Below are positions 32,235-43,419 of a stretch of DNA of 64,000 nucleotides, in pieces. The notes beneath the pieces are model-generated. The model saw only the letters and a program-made list of their open reading frames with translations, did no database searches and was not told the origin of the DNA. Location: NCBI GenBank assembly GCA_963771045.1, contig CAVYRW010000004.1:1184001-1248000 (forward strand). Direction: 5' to 3'. Both the position numbers and the translations under genes were made by a program. Positions within the stretch are counted from its first letter, which is position 1, and each line of letters starts with the position of its first letter. The stretch comes from Waddliaceae bacterium (GTDB taxonomy: Bacteria > Chlamydiota > Chlamydiia > Chlamydiales > SLFE01).

Positions 32235-32242
32235 GTGAAGTT

Positions 32243-32920
32243 ATGGCTATAAAAAATAATGGCGTAGAGGGAGCAGCCAAAATCGCCTCCCCTGTAGATG
32301 AATCAAACAATGAGGCTTCTCTCAATACGCGCGATAAAAAAGTCGACGCGCAAAAAGGAAAAATCATCTCAAATAAAAAGGCCAATGAGAAAGCGCTCAA
32401 GAGGGCCCAAAAACTCTCATTCGACGGATCGTTCAACCTGCTGGATAAAATAGACACGCAAAATATTTCAATCGAGGAGTTACTGCGCCTCATGACGCAG
32501 TGCATCCTGGAAGGGCAAATTCAGATGTGGATTGTCTTAAGAGACCTTGTGAAAGCTGCAACTATAGAAAGAGAAAAGGCGATGAAAGACCAGGAAAAAA
32601 GCCATACCAGCCTGAATATGTGGATGACAAATGGTTTCAATGTCGCCGCAGCAGTCGTCCCCTTAGCTCTTTTGGGATATGACTCAGAAGGTTTTAAGGA
32701 CACCGCTCAATTTTATGGCCAGGGTGCCCGCGCGGCAGGCGGATTTACTCAAAGCTTCAGCAGCCAGGAAATCGATGTCGCCCGTATGAATGAAAAAGTC
32801 ATATCGGAAGAACACCAGGATTTGAAGCAGCAATTGGAGCAAATCATTGCCCGGGAATTTGAAAAAGTGATCCAAGCGCTTGCTCAATTGCAGCAGCTCA
32901 GATTGGAGTCTATGAGATAA
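32243..32920 (+). CDS. Putative T3SS minor translocator (CopD/SctB-like)
   Basis: One hydrophobic segment and a C-terminal amphipathic coiled coil, downstream of the CopB-like gene. Confidence 0.5.
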   Translation: MAIKNNGVEGAAKIASPVDESNNEASLNTRDKKVDAQKGKIISNKKANEKALKRAQKLSFDGSFNLLDKIDTQNISIEELLRLMTQCILEGQIQMWIVLRDLVKAATIEREKAMKDQEKSHTSLNMWMTNGFNVAAAVVPLALLGYDSEGFKDTAQFYGQGARAAGGFTQSFSSQEIDVARMNEKVISEEHQDLKQQLEQIIAREFEKVIQALAQLQQLRLESMR

Positions 32921-33596
32921 TTTGATAGTAAACGTCGGCCTCGCCCCAGGCAAAACGACCCGGAAAGCGGCGCACGATTTTTAAAGAATTGCTAGGTTCA
33001 TATTCGGTGAGTGGGTAGCTGACCGAGATGACTTTGGTCCCTGAAGGGAGCCTGGCAATATTTGCCGAGAGCTTTTCGATATCTTCGTCCTTTAGACAGG
33101 TCCCGAACAGGTAGACAACCGATGCCCCCTCCAGCGAAGATTCGGTGAAGTCTTCGCAGCGCAGCTCGATATTTTCCAAATCACAGCTTTTTTTAATAAT
33201 ATCTGCAATTTCCACAAATTCCGGAACAAATTCGATTCCGACAACCTTGCAGCCAAGCCATTGATTGAGCCAAAAGCAAGTCCTTCCCCTACCGCATCCA
33301 AGCTCAAAAATCGTATCGCCTTGAGCCACCTTGCATTCTTTGCAAATTGCCTCCAGTGTCGTCAGAGGCGTCTCTCCGTAGGCGTAAATATTGTCTTCTT
33401 TTTTAGATTTGAGAAAATCCCGGCTCACTTTGTAGGGACTTTTAAACATATAGCCGAAAATAAGGAGAAAATCGGCTTTTGCAAACGAAAATTTTCGATA
33501 GTATCTGGAAACGGATTTCCAGTACTCGGCAATGAAAAATTGCTGAGTTTTAAAACGGATCCACAAAAGCTTAAAAAAATGGCTGCTCTCTTTCAT
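32910..33596 (-). CDS. Class I SAM-dependent methyltransferase
   Basis: YGETP, IFELGCGRG motif I. Confidence 0.85.
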   Translation of the reverse strand: MKESSHFFKLLWIRFKTQQFFIAEYWKSVSRYYRKFSFAKADFLLIFGYMFKSPYKVSRDFLKSKKEDNIYAYGETPLTTLEAICKECKVAQGDTIFELGCGRGRTCFWLNQWLGCKVVGIEFVPEFVEIADIIKKSCDLENIELRCEDFTESSLEGASVVYLFGTCLKDEDIEKLSANIARLPSGTKVISVSYPLTEYEPSNSLKIVRRFPGRFAWGEADVYYQIIS

Positions 33597-35080
33597 GTCG
33601 GCAGTAATATCATGCTGGCAAGTTTGGCAACGAAGATAAAAATCCAGGCAGACATCACATCATTGAATGCGGTGACGATCGGGCCGGCGGCAACTGCGGG
33701 GTCAATGCCGATTCGGGAAAATATAAAGGGAGAAAAGCTGCCCAAAGAAGTTGATGCTGTGCAGGCGCCAAAAATTCCCAGAGAAACTGTGACAGCCATG
33801 GCAATGGGGGTGTAAATCACATTTTCACCGGAAGATGCGGGATTGAAGCCGAGCAAAGTCAGTGAATACACGACTATGCCGCAAATACAGCCGAAAACAA
33901 GGCCGATTGAGAGTCCCATAATGATTTCTTTGACAAGCATCTCCCTCTTGCTCTTTACAGTCAATTCACCCGAAGAAATTCCCCTCACAAGGAGCGTACT
34001 GATCTGTATGCCTACATTGCCCGAGAGTCCGGCAATCAGCGGGACGAGAAAAGGGACGATGACAAACCACTCATAGCCCTCAAACAGCGTCAGGCTGACA
34101 AGGGTTGTCAGTCCTGCGCACATTGTGACGATAAGCCAGGGAGCGCGCCAAAAGAAACGTTTGATAATGGGGTCGTATTCATCGAAATCCTCCGCGGTAC
34201 CCGCGATGTTGGCGATTGTGTCGTCCATGATATCTTTCATGGCCTCAACAGCGGCCTCAAAGGGGATCACGCCGACAAGCTGGTGGTAATCATCGATTAC
34301 AGGAAGCGACGGTAATTCATAACGCTCCATGATGTCGACGACCTCATCCCTATCTGTGTCGACTGTCACCGTGTGAAAAAGAGGCTGCATCACCTGCCGG
34401 ATCGGAAGCTCTTGACTATTGATGATGAGATTCCTCATCGGGACATGGCCGCAAAGTTCGTCGTAGTCGTTGAGAACAAAGATTTGGCCTGTAACCTCCA
34501 CGCCGGGATGAGTTCTAATCTGCCCAGCGACTTCACCGATTGTTGTCGATAAATGAAAGGCAAAAAATTCGTCGGTCATCAGCCGGCCTGCGCTGTCCCT
34601 ATCGTGTTTTTGAAGCTCCCGGATTCGATGGCCGATCTTAGGATCAATCTGTTCCATAATCCTCTTGTATCGCCTGTCAGACATGTCGTCTAACATCCAA
34701 ACAGCTTCTCCCGGAGGCATATTTTCCAAAAGCTGCACGATATCTTTGTCGCGAAGCTGCCGGAATATTGCGGTGCGCGTATTGCTTCCGGTGTTGATCA
34801 TAAAGACGATTTTCGCGTCCAATCCGGGAAGATTATCATAAAGGACCGATCTTGCGGGAGCCGGTAGCCGCGAGGCCGCATGGGCCAGATCGATCGGATC
34901 GTGCTCGCTTGCGATTTTCGCCACATGATGAAGAGTGATCTGTGAGGTTTGCTGATGGAAAGCCTGTTCGAGCTTTTCAATAAGAAGATCGTTTAACTGG
35001 CCTGTGCGCGTATCATAGACCTCCCCCGAGTAGACAGGTCTTTCGCCCCGCTCTTTTTTCATCTCGTTTTCGTCAGCCAC
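33593..35080 (-). CDS. mgtE: Magnesium transporter MgtE
   Basis: SAGRLMT, CBS pair, RAPWL, GNVGIQ, IDPAVAAGPIVTAFND. Confidence 0.95.
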   Translation of the reverse strand: MADENEMKKERGERPVYSGEVYDTRTGQLNDLLIEKLEQAFHQQTSQITLHHVAKIASEHDPIDLAHAASRLPAPARSVLYDNLPGLDAKIVFMINTGSNTRTAIFRQLRDKDIVQLLENMPPGEAVWMLDDMSDRRYKRIMEQIDPKIGHRIRELQKHDRDSAGRLMTDEFFAFHLSTTIGEVAGQIRTHPGVEVTGQIFVLNDYDELCGHVPMRNLIINSQELPIRQVMQPLFHTVTVDTDRDEVVDIMERYELPSLPVIDDYHQLVGVIPFEAAVEAMKDIMDDTIANIAGTAEDFDEYDPIIKRFFWRAPWLIVTMCAGLTTLVSLTLFEGYEWFVIVPFLVPLIAGLSGNVGIQISTLLVRGISSGELTVKSKREMLVKEIIMGLSIGLVFGCICGIVVYSLTLLGFNPASSGENVIYTPIAMAVTVSLGIFGACTASTSLGSFSPFIFSRIGIDPAVAAGPIVTAFNDVMSAWIFIFVAKLASMILLPT

Positions 35081-35181
35081 AGAGCCACCTAAAATATCAC
35101 GCTATTTTCCTTGGATCATAACCCATAGAGAATTAAAAGATAAGAAGGAATTGAAAAACTCGGGCAAAACCGAATTATGAC

Positions 35182-37251
35182 TTATAAATCAGGGTTTTTT
35201 TTAGCAAGATGCTCTAAAAACTGTTGGAATCCGTTTGTCGAGCGGAGATCTCGAAGCCATTCATCATGAATGAGTTCTTCCAAAGGGGGCAATGACCCCG
35301 CAACTTCGGCCCGCTCGATATAGTGCATGGCTGCAAGATAGTTGCCTTGAAGCGAGTAGAGGCAGGCGAGGTTGTAATAGGCCGCCTCGTTGCCGAGGGA
35401 TCCGGCTAGAAGGAATTTTTCTTCGGCATCTTTCATCAACTTTTCAGTATAGCGGCTATGAACCGGGTCGTGAACAAGTTCAGCCAGGTTGATCAGCGAA
35501 ATCCCCCATTCGTTCCAGGCAAGTTCGTCTTCGGGATCCCTGTAAAGAACATCCTGAAACAGCTCAAAAGACTTTTGGAAGCAGTCAACATCGGAAACGA
35601 GTTCTCCGAGATGGGAAAATGCAATGGCCAGATGGTATTTGGCCAGATAGTGATCCGGCGCGACAATAAGGGTTTGCGAAAAGACCTTTATAGCCCGTTC
35701 GTAATATTTTTCATCGTCTGAAAAGTCTCCAAGAAAATCTAAAGAACACCCATAATTGTATAGCCAATCGGGATTGATGGTTTTGGGATTATGATGCAGA
35801 TGGTACAAGCGAATTGCCTGTTCGAATTTTTCCGATGCGGCCTCGACCCACCGCCTATCCTGAGTCATTTCCCCCATTTTCATCAGGGCAACTCCCCATT
35901 CATTCCAGAAGGTGAGAGGCATGACGTTCTCAAACTCCAAGGCGCGCGAATAATATTTGACCGACTTCTCAATTTGCGAAGCACTATCCTGAATTTCCCC
36001 CAGTATATGGTAAGCTGAGGCCATGCCGTACCAAAGATCGGGATTATTTTTGTGCAGGGAAATTCCGTATTTGAATTTTTCTATGGCCAGGTTAAAGTAA
36101 GAAGTATCCTCAAAATAACGCCCGAGTTCAATGAGGCATCGTCCGTATGTGATCCAGTGAACCGTATTTTCAGGTTGGATTTCAAGACACCTTTGAATGA
36201 TAGTCTCTGCCCACTTCAAATAATCGAGCCGCTCCTTGTAAACACCCAGGAGCATTTGAGTCTCCGCCCAACTGCTTAAAATGGGGGCGTGGTCGGGTAA
36301 AAGAGTATTGGCTTTGAGAAATTTATCCAGAGAAGCTTCGAGAAGTTTCGGATTTTGCTTATCCTTGCCGGTTTTGCTAAGGTGTTCGGCCCACTTAAAC
36401 CAAAGGGATGCTTCATCGGGATTCAGCTTAGCCGCCCGGTCAAAACTTTTATGCGCCGAGTAAAAATATTTTTCCTCAGTCTTGATCTGCCACAAACGCT
36501 GGTCTGTGCAGGCCAGGTTGAACCACCCTTCAAAAAAGGAAGGGGACGATTCCACAACTTTTTGATAGAGGCTTGACGCTTTTACCAGCAGATCGCCGCG
36601 AGACACAAGACAGGCGAGATCCACCAGAGCATTTCCGTAGTCATTCCAGAACATCGTCCCTGTCAACTTCAGGCTGTCAGCTATCCGATACTTCGCTATG
36701 GCTTCGACAAAATCTCCGGCCTCTCCCGATTGTTTGGCGATATAGTGCCAGCAAACGCCCCAGTACCAAAAAAAATGGGACTCGGGATTTTTTTGAAATT
36801 CTTCATTTTCGCTGACTTTTTGATATTTGGCACTCGCTTCATAAAAAAAAGCGGGTTCTTCCTTTTTAACCCCGAACTCTACCAGGGCATTTGCCCATAC
36901 GGTGAGCGCCTGGTAACAGCTTTCATCCAGGGCCAAAGCCTGCTTTGAAGTTTCGCACGCCAGCTCAAGATTTTCGATTTTTGAACCGTGCAATCCGTAG
37001 GCGATCGCTTGTTCCAGGAGAATATCGACATTATCAGGACAAAGTTTTTTGGACGTTTCAAACGAAACGATAGGCGCCGGCTCCCCACTTTCCAGCTCTT
37101 CTTCGCCAGCCATTATAAACATTTTGGCAAGAAGAAACCGGTCATCCCGGCTCAGATTTTTCCAGCGGGAAGCATTCCGAAATGGATCTAGCAAATCGAA
37201 ATTTTTTGTTGATGAGATTTTTTCAAATGTCTCGTGCAAAGAAAAGCTCAT
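35182..37251 (-). CDS. TPR-repeat protein
   Basis: Repeated W.N.G..L motifs; C-terminal YNLACLYSL. Confidence 0.88.
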   Translation of the reverse strand: MSFSLHETFEKISSTKNFDLLDPFRNASRWKNLSRDDRFLLAKMFIMAGEEELESGEPAPIVSFETSKKLCPDNVDILLEQAIAYGLHGSKIENLELACETSKQALALDESCYQALTVWANALVEFGVKKEEPAFFYEASAKYQKVSENEEFQKNPESHFFWYWGVCWHYIAKQSGEAGDFVEAIAKYRIADSLKLTGTMFWNDYGNALVDLACLVSRGDLLVKASSLYQKVVESSPSFFEGWFNLACTDQRLWQIKTEEKYFYSAHKSFDRAAKLNPDEASLWFKWAEHLSKTGKDKQNPKLLEASLDKFLKANTLLPDHAPILSSWAETQMLLGVYKERLDYLKWAETIIQRCLEIQPENTVHWITYGRCLIELGRYFEDTSYFNLAIEKFKYGISLHKNNPDLWYGMASAYHILGEIQDSASQIEKSVKYYSRALEFENVMPLTFWNEWGVALMKMGEMTQDRRWVEAASEKFEQAIRLYHLHHNPKTINPDWLYNYGCSLDFLGDFSDDEKYYERAIKVFSQTLIVAPDHYLAKYHLAIAFSHLGELVSDVDCFQKSFELFQDVLYRDPEDELAWNEWGISLINLAELVHDPVHSRYTEKLMKDAEEKFLLAGSLGNEAAYYNLACLYSLQGNYLAAMHYIERAEVAGSLPPLEELIHDEWLRDLRSTNGFQQFLEHLAKKNPDL

Positions 37252-37433
37252 AAGTTAGTGTGCTATTCCCCTAGTGGCTGTATATCACTTAAGGGGCTCC
37301 TAAAGAAAAAAGTTACTCCAAACGCATATTTATTACAATGCGCTTAGCAAATATTATAGCATAAATAGCTGAATATTAATAGAGGTAGTAGAAAAATTGT
37401 CACAATAAAGGTTTCCTTGTATAGTCAAAAATC

Positions 37434-38378
37434 ATGAATAGACTCTCTATTGAAGACGCCCTCAAGCGCATTCATCCAAGGATAAAAAAAACTCCTGTAA
37501 TCCAATCCGAGCTTTTAGACAGGAGGCTTGGAAAAGGGTATAAAATTTATTTGAAATGTGAAAATTTTCAAGTCACCCGCAGCTACAAACCCCGCGGCGC
37601 CCTTAATGCCCTTATGGTGAAATCCTGCAGCGCAGTCGTTGCCCGCTCAAGCGGCAATTTTGCCCAGGCGCTCTCTTGGGCGGGAAATCAACTGGGGGTA
37701 AAAGTTTTCGTCGTCATGCCAAATAATGCTCCGAAATCCAAAATTGAAGGGACGCGGATGTGGGGCGCTAAAATTATTCTGGAATCGCCCTCCTATGAGG
37801 CGCAATATAAAAAAGTCGATGAGCTTTTAGCGGCAAACCCCGAAGCCCTCCACCTCTCCCCTTTTGACGATTACGACGTGATTTCAGGGCAGGGAACAGT
37901 TGCTCTTGAAGCGCTTGAAGAGGTAGAGAACTTTGCCCATTTTTTCGCTCCCATCGGTGGAGGCGGGCTGATGGCAGGGTGCGGATCGGAGATCAAAAAG
38001 AAAAAACCTCAAACGAAAGTCATCGGTGTCGAGCCCGAAGGGGCAAACGACTATTATTTGTCCCGGCAAAAAGGGAAAAAAATTTCTTTAGCCAATGTTC
38101 ATACTATTGCAGATGGTCTAAGATCCCCGACAGTAGGCGAGAAAAACTATCCGATACTGAACGAGTGCGTTGACGAAGTCCGGCTGATTTCCGACAATGA
38201 CATCGCCAAAACCATGAAAATCCTTTTTGAAACTGCCGGCATTGTCGTCGAGCCCTCCGGGGCCGCTTCTCTCGCCGCGCTTGTCGCAGATCCTGACTGG
38301 GAGCCCGAAGGAAACATGCTTTTTGTCATCACAGGCGGCAATATCGATCCTCAATCATTCTTGAACTTTACATTTTAG
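37434..38378 (+). CDS. PLP-dependent threonine/serine dehydratase (or serine racemase)
   Basis: LKCENFQVTRSYKPRGA, SSGNFAQ, GQGT, IGGGGL, VEPSGAA. Confidence 0.92.
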   Translation: MNRLSIEDALKRIHPRIKKTPVIQSELLDRRLGKGYKIYLKCENFQVTRSYKPRGALNALMVKSCSAVVARSSGNFAQALSWAGNQLGVKVFVVMPNNAPKSKIEGTRMWGAKIILESPSYEAQYKKVDELLAANPEALHLSPFDDYDVISGQGTVALEALEEVENFAHFFAPIGGGGLMAGCGSEIKKKKPQTKVIGVEPEGANDYYLSRQKGKKISLANVHTIADGLRSPTVGEKNYPILNECVDEVRLISDNDIAKTMKILFETAGIVVEPSGAASLAALVADPDWEPEGNMLFVITGGNIDPQSFLNFTF

Positions 38379-38424
38379 ACAACTGTGTGCTAAACTTTTC
38401 TTTTAACTTTTACTTTGGCAGTTT

Positions 38425-40912
38425 ATGGATAAACGCACTCTTATTTTTATTTTTTCGATGACCGTAGCACTCCTGGCTATCAATACTTTTTTTTCCTACT
38501 GGAACAGGCAATCAGTCGATGAGTGGACAAAACAGCAAACAGCAAAAAAAGAAAAGCTGCGGCAAGAACTGCAGCAAACCATCGAACAAAACACTGTTGC
38601 TATACAAAATCTTCCCATTGTTTCTGTCGAGGACAAAGGCAAAAATTTCTACGGCTACGGAGTTAAAACAGACGATTCTTTGATTCTCATTAAATGGAAA
38701 GACAAGGTTCCCGAAGAAGTTATCGCCCAAGATGTTGAATATACCCTCGCCGGCCGGCCGAATCTCCCGGATAGTCCTGCCATCTACAGCTCCAAATCCG
38801 GATCGCTTGTGACAAAAACTCTGCCGAACTTCGGCAGCTACAACCTTCAACTAGTCTTTTTGCCGAGGGAAAAAGACAAACAGCCCCAATCGGCTCTTGC
38901 CGAATACCGAAATACCCACCTATCCCTTCCAATTGAAACATTGGCAAAGGAATTTCCCGATGAATATAAAAATCGAGCCCCAAATGGAATCGCTGTCGCC
39001 TTGTTAAAATCGGAGGGCAAATATATTCCCGTCGGAATCTATACAACCGGACAGCAGCTATTGGTTCCGCTTTCAGATTTTTCCTATTTAGCATCAAGCC
39101 TGCAGCAAATCAAACCCAAAGAAGACTATGCCAATACAAACGGTAAAGAAAGATTTTATGTGCTTGAAAACGACTATCAGCAGCTTGTATTTTCAAATAA
39201 AGGCGGGGCTTTATCGGAAATTAACCTCCCTTTTCAGAACTTCCAAGAATCAAAAAAGCGTCGTCAAAGAAATCGGTTTTGACAGGGAAATGGTCGAATA
39301 TTACCCGCAAAACGCCATGTTTCCTTCGCAGCCGTATTATTCCCCTTCAACAAACGATAAAATGGATTTCCACGAATCCGGAAATCTGGGAGGCTATTAC
39401 CCTCTAATTAGACGGAATCTCATACAGAAACCGCCCTATCAGACTAAGATTATTGATCCTGCCTATTACGCCTTCAATATCGTTTCGGAATATCCCGAAG
39501 TTGCCAATTTGATATACGATGTGAAACATTTTGACGACAAATCCATTGTGTTCGAAGCCAAGCAGCCCCACCGCAGAATCATCAAAACGTTTACCATCGC
39601 CCAGGAGACAGCTGATCAACCTTATGTTCTCGATCTGACAGTCGATATTGAAGGAGACAGCCGCGGCCTGTGGCTGACAACCGGTATTCCCGAAGTTGAG
39701 TGGATCAACGGCGGAATTGCCCCTGCTTTGAAATATCGCATGACTTCTTCAAAAGGAAAGTCTCAGGTTGAGTCCATTTCACTTCCCGATCCCATAGTCA
39801 CAAATTCAACGCATCTGGACTGGATCACAAATTCCAATGGCTTCCTCGGAACCATCGCCGATCCATTAACCGAAATAGAACCCGGTTTTAAGGCGGAAAA
39901 AGTTTCCGGGCTGACTGTCCCCTCCCGGCTGGTTGTTATCGATCAGGAATACAGCCTGTTCAATCCCGAAACTATGCCCGGGTACATGATGATGCTTCCC
40001 TTAAATAAAAAGGGAGGCAGCATGCACTTCCGCATCCTGGCAGGCCCCTTCGCAACGAGCGTCCTCACGACTGTCGACAACACCTTTTCCGACCCGGCTA
40101 CCGGATACAATCCCGACTACATTTCCAGCCAATCCTTTCACGGATGGTTTGCCTTCATTTCTCAGCCATTTTCCAAATTTCTGCTGATGCTGATGAATTT
40201 ATTCCATAGCCTTACAGCCTCTTGGGGCTTTTCCATTATTCTGCTGACAATTGCTCTTAGATTAATGCTGTACCCTTTGACTGCGTGGTCATTTAAGTCG
40301 ACCAGAAAAATGCAGGAAATTTCCCCGAAAATAAAGAAAATCCAAGAGAAATATAAGAAGGACCCGAAAAAGCTTCAGGTCGAAATGGCCAATGCCTATC
40401 GCGAAGCGGGAGTCAATCCCATATTCGGCTGCCTTCCCTTGCTGATACAGCTTCCCTTCCTTATTGGCATGTTCGATTTACTAAAGTCGACATTTGAACT
40501 TCGCGGAGCCAGCTTTATTCCCGGATGGATTGACAATCTGGCCGCTCCGGATGTTCTCTTCAGCTGGGATTATCCGATCTTCTTTATCGGCACTGAATTT
40601 CATCTTCTGCCCATCATCATGGGCCTTTGTATGCTTGCCCAAACAAAAATCATGAATAAAGCGAAAGATCCCTCGACAATGTCCGATCAGGAAAGGCAGA
40701 TGCAGGGGATGGGCAGCATCATGGCTGTTGTATTCGCCATCTTTCTTTACCGGGCCCCTTCCGGACTCTGCATTTACTGGATATTCTCGACCATTTTAGG
40801 AATAATTCAGCAAAAATGGGTCAATTATCAATACTCAAAGAAAACGACCGTCAGCTCACGATCGGAAACTATTGAAGTGAAAGCAGAAAAGAAGTCCCGA
40901 CGCAAACGATAA
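38425..40912 (+). CDS. yidC: Membrane protein insertase YidC, long chlamydial type (frameshift at T-run 39231-39234)
   Basis: MDKRTLIF start; SWGFSIILLTI, GCLPLLIQLPF, FIPGWIDNLAAPD, PSGLCIYW. Confidence 0.9.
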
Positions 40913-41039
40913 GAAAGTTATTTTACTCAACACGTGTTATTTGAGTCAGGTAAGTAGATTTTTTAATAAAAAAACTCTTTTTTTATTGATTTTCTTAAAC
41001 TAATTTAGCAGACTTATATTTTAATTGAGGTGTGCCGCC

Positions 41040-42417
41040 ATGCGTGCATGGGATAACTTTCTGGAAAAACAGAGAGATGAGCTTGGATCACAAATTGTCC
41101 AAAAGTGGCTAGATCCATTAAAGGTCGTCAGTTTCGACGCGGGAAATCTTTATCTTGAAGCTAAAGATCACTTTCAAGCCCTTTGGTTCGAAGAACATGT
41201 GAGAAAAAAAGCCGAGCATGACCTACTAACCAACAATCAGCGTAAAATCAAGATACATTTGAGTATCGAGAATACCCGCTCATCAAAAAAAAATCAAAAC
41301 CGTAAAAATCAAGAAGAAAAAATACGACCACCATGATCCGAAGCCTTTCAAGCTGGTATTTGACCAATTGGATCCTCATTGCACCATGGGGACTTTTGTC
41401 CCACGGGACGCTAGCATGGTTCCCTATAAACTCATGTCTGAAATTATTAACTATCAGACAAATCAAGTATCAGAAGACTTTTCGGAAAAAGAGCTCATTA
41501 CATTCAACCCAGTCTTTCTGCATGGACCTGCCGGCACTGGTAAAACCCATCTTGCCATGGCAACTGCTAATGCCGTAAAAGAAGAAGGCATCAATGTTGT
41601 ATATGCACGCGCCGAAACGTTTACCGACCATGTTGTCAGTGCAATTAGAGCCGGAGAGATGAGTACTTTCCGGCAAACATACAGAAATGCCGATATTCTT
41701 ATTCTCGACGATGTTCATGTTTTTTCCCGCAAAGGAGCGACCCAGGAAGAACTCTTTCATACCTTTAATGCCCTGCATCTCAGCGGCAAGCAGATCATTC
41801 TAACAGCTAATTGCCTTCCGCAAGAGCTGCAGCATATTGAGCCCAGGCTGATTAGCCGCTTCGAATGGGGTATTGTGCTTCCCCTTTTAGTCCCGAGCAG
41901 GGACGAGCTGAAACATCTGCTTGCAAAAAAGATGGATGTTTTCAATTTTCCCATAAACAAAAAAACTTCGCAATTTTTGCTGGAAACATTTCACACAAAT
42001 CCTAAATCCCTCATAAGGGCTTTAGAAGCCCTTGTTTTGCGTTCAGATCAGGATGTTCCCCCTCAAAAAATTACAGTCCCCGCCGCCGCAGAGCTCCTTG
42101 CCGATCTCGTTAAAGATGAGAAAAAAAGTGAATTGACCCCTGAAAAGATCTTAATCACTGTATCTGAACATTTTGGAATAACAGTGGATGATATTACAGG
42201 CAAATCTCAACAACGGGATTCTGTTCTTCCCCGTCAAATTGCCATGTTTTTATGCAGGGTTAAGCTCAATCTCCCTTATATGAAAATTGGCGATCTTTTT
42301 GAAAGGGATCATTCGACAGTCATGTCAAGTTTCAAAAGGATAGATCAAGAAGTCAAGGAAGGACGAACTGAAGTAACCAGCTCTCTTTCAGCAATTAGCC
42401 ATAAATTTCAGTATTAG
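41040..42417 (+). CDS. dnaA: Chromosomal replication initiator DnaA (frameshift at A9, 41285-41293)
   Basis: Domain I WLDPL; FNPVFLHGPAGTGKTHL, TQEELFHTFN, RLISRFEWG, PRQIAM...RDHSTV. Confidence 0.92.
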
Positions 42418-42466
42418 ACTTCTTTTTATTCCTAAAGTCAGTATGAAGAAGAAAAAGAGGTGTGCT

Positions 42467-43233
42467 ATGGAACATTCAAATGTATCTCCATCGGCCTCAA
42501 CACTTTCAATAGATTCTCATGATACAAGCAATGGGAACTCCCCTCTCTACTACCGGGATGATTGCTGCGAAGAAAAGGGATTTACCCCTCTTGCATGCAA
42601 AATCTATAGGGTTTTTGAGAAACTGCTTGAAAAAACCCTTCGGAAGATGAACAATTCCGAGTTTCGAGGTTTCGCCAGGTATCTGCAAGCAACCTGCCTA
42701 AACCAACTGACAATTTACTATGTTCCAGGCTCTACTTTAACTCAGAGTCAAATCAAATGGCTCAAGAACAACTCCAATTTCGATAAGATATACTCACTGC
42801 TATCGTCAGCAGTTTATCCACCTGATCGAAGAGGGTAGCAAAAGAGACTTGAAACGACTTCTATCGGCGCCATAGGATCGACAACTATTTAACCGCGCAT
42901 GAAAATTATTATTTAAGTGAATTTATGAGAATCCGAAAAAAAATCCGTTTCGATCTGAATATTTCCAAAGCCTTAAGAGCCGCCGCACTCATTAATGAGT
43001 ATTCTCAATGGATGACAAAAAAACAAAAAGCCTGCATGAAGGCTCATATAAACAGGTTTATCGGGAAAAATCGGAAAGAACTCCGCAAGGCGACCAAAAC
43101 ATATCTGGCTCGCCAAGTCAGAGAAGCTCCGCTTGAAGCCGATGAACTGTTGGGTCTGAATTGGAAAATCTATCACTTTATGAGAAATTTTGCCGACGTG
43201 CTGCAAGAAGTTTCCGATCGCACGCTTGTATAA
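42467..43233 (+). CDS. Hypothetical ORFs 42467-42838 and 42925-43233, possibly one disrupted gene
   Basis: ORF track only; no motif. Confidence 0.35.
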
Positions 43234-43269
43234 AATTCTCGCACATGATACGATAATTTTTTAAAAATT

Positions 43270-43344
43270 CGGAGTATAGCGCAGCTTGGCTAGCGCGGCT
43301 GCTTTGGGAGCAGTAGGTCGGGGGTTCGAATCCCTCTACTCCGA
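43270..43344 (+). tRNA. tRNA-Pro(TGG)
   Basis: Acceptor CGGAGTA/TACTCCG, anticodon loop TTTGGGA, GGTTCGAATCC T-arm; CCA not encoded. Confidence 0.96.
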
Positions 43345-43349
43345 AATGT

Positions 43350-43380
43350 GCTCCGGGGGTTATACCTCGGGGCTTTTTTA
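43350..43380 (+). terminator. Intrinsic terminator after the tRNA
   Basis: GCTCCGGGGG-TTAT-ACCTCGGGGC hairpin followed by a T-run. Confidence 0.75.
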
Positions 43381-43419
43381 TTAGTGGACACTCAACCTCA
43401 AATATTTTATAATGCTAGC

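Noticed and set aside
40913..41039. oriC upstream of dnaA
   Set aside because: AT-rich, but no consensus TTATCCACA boxes are visible
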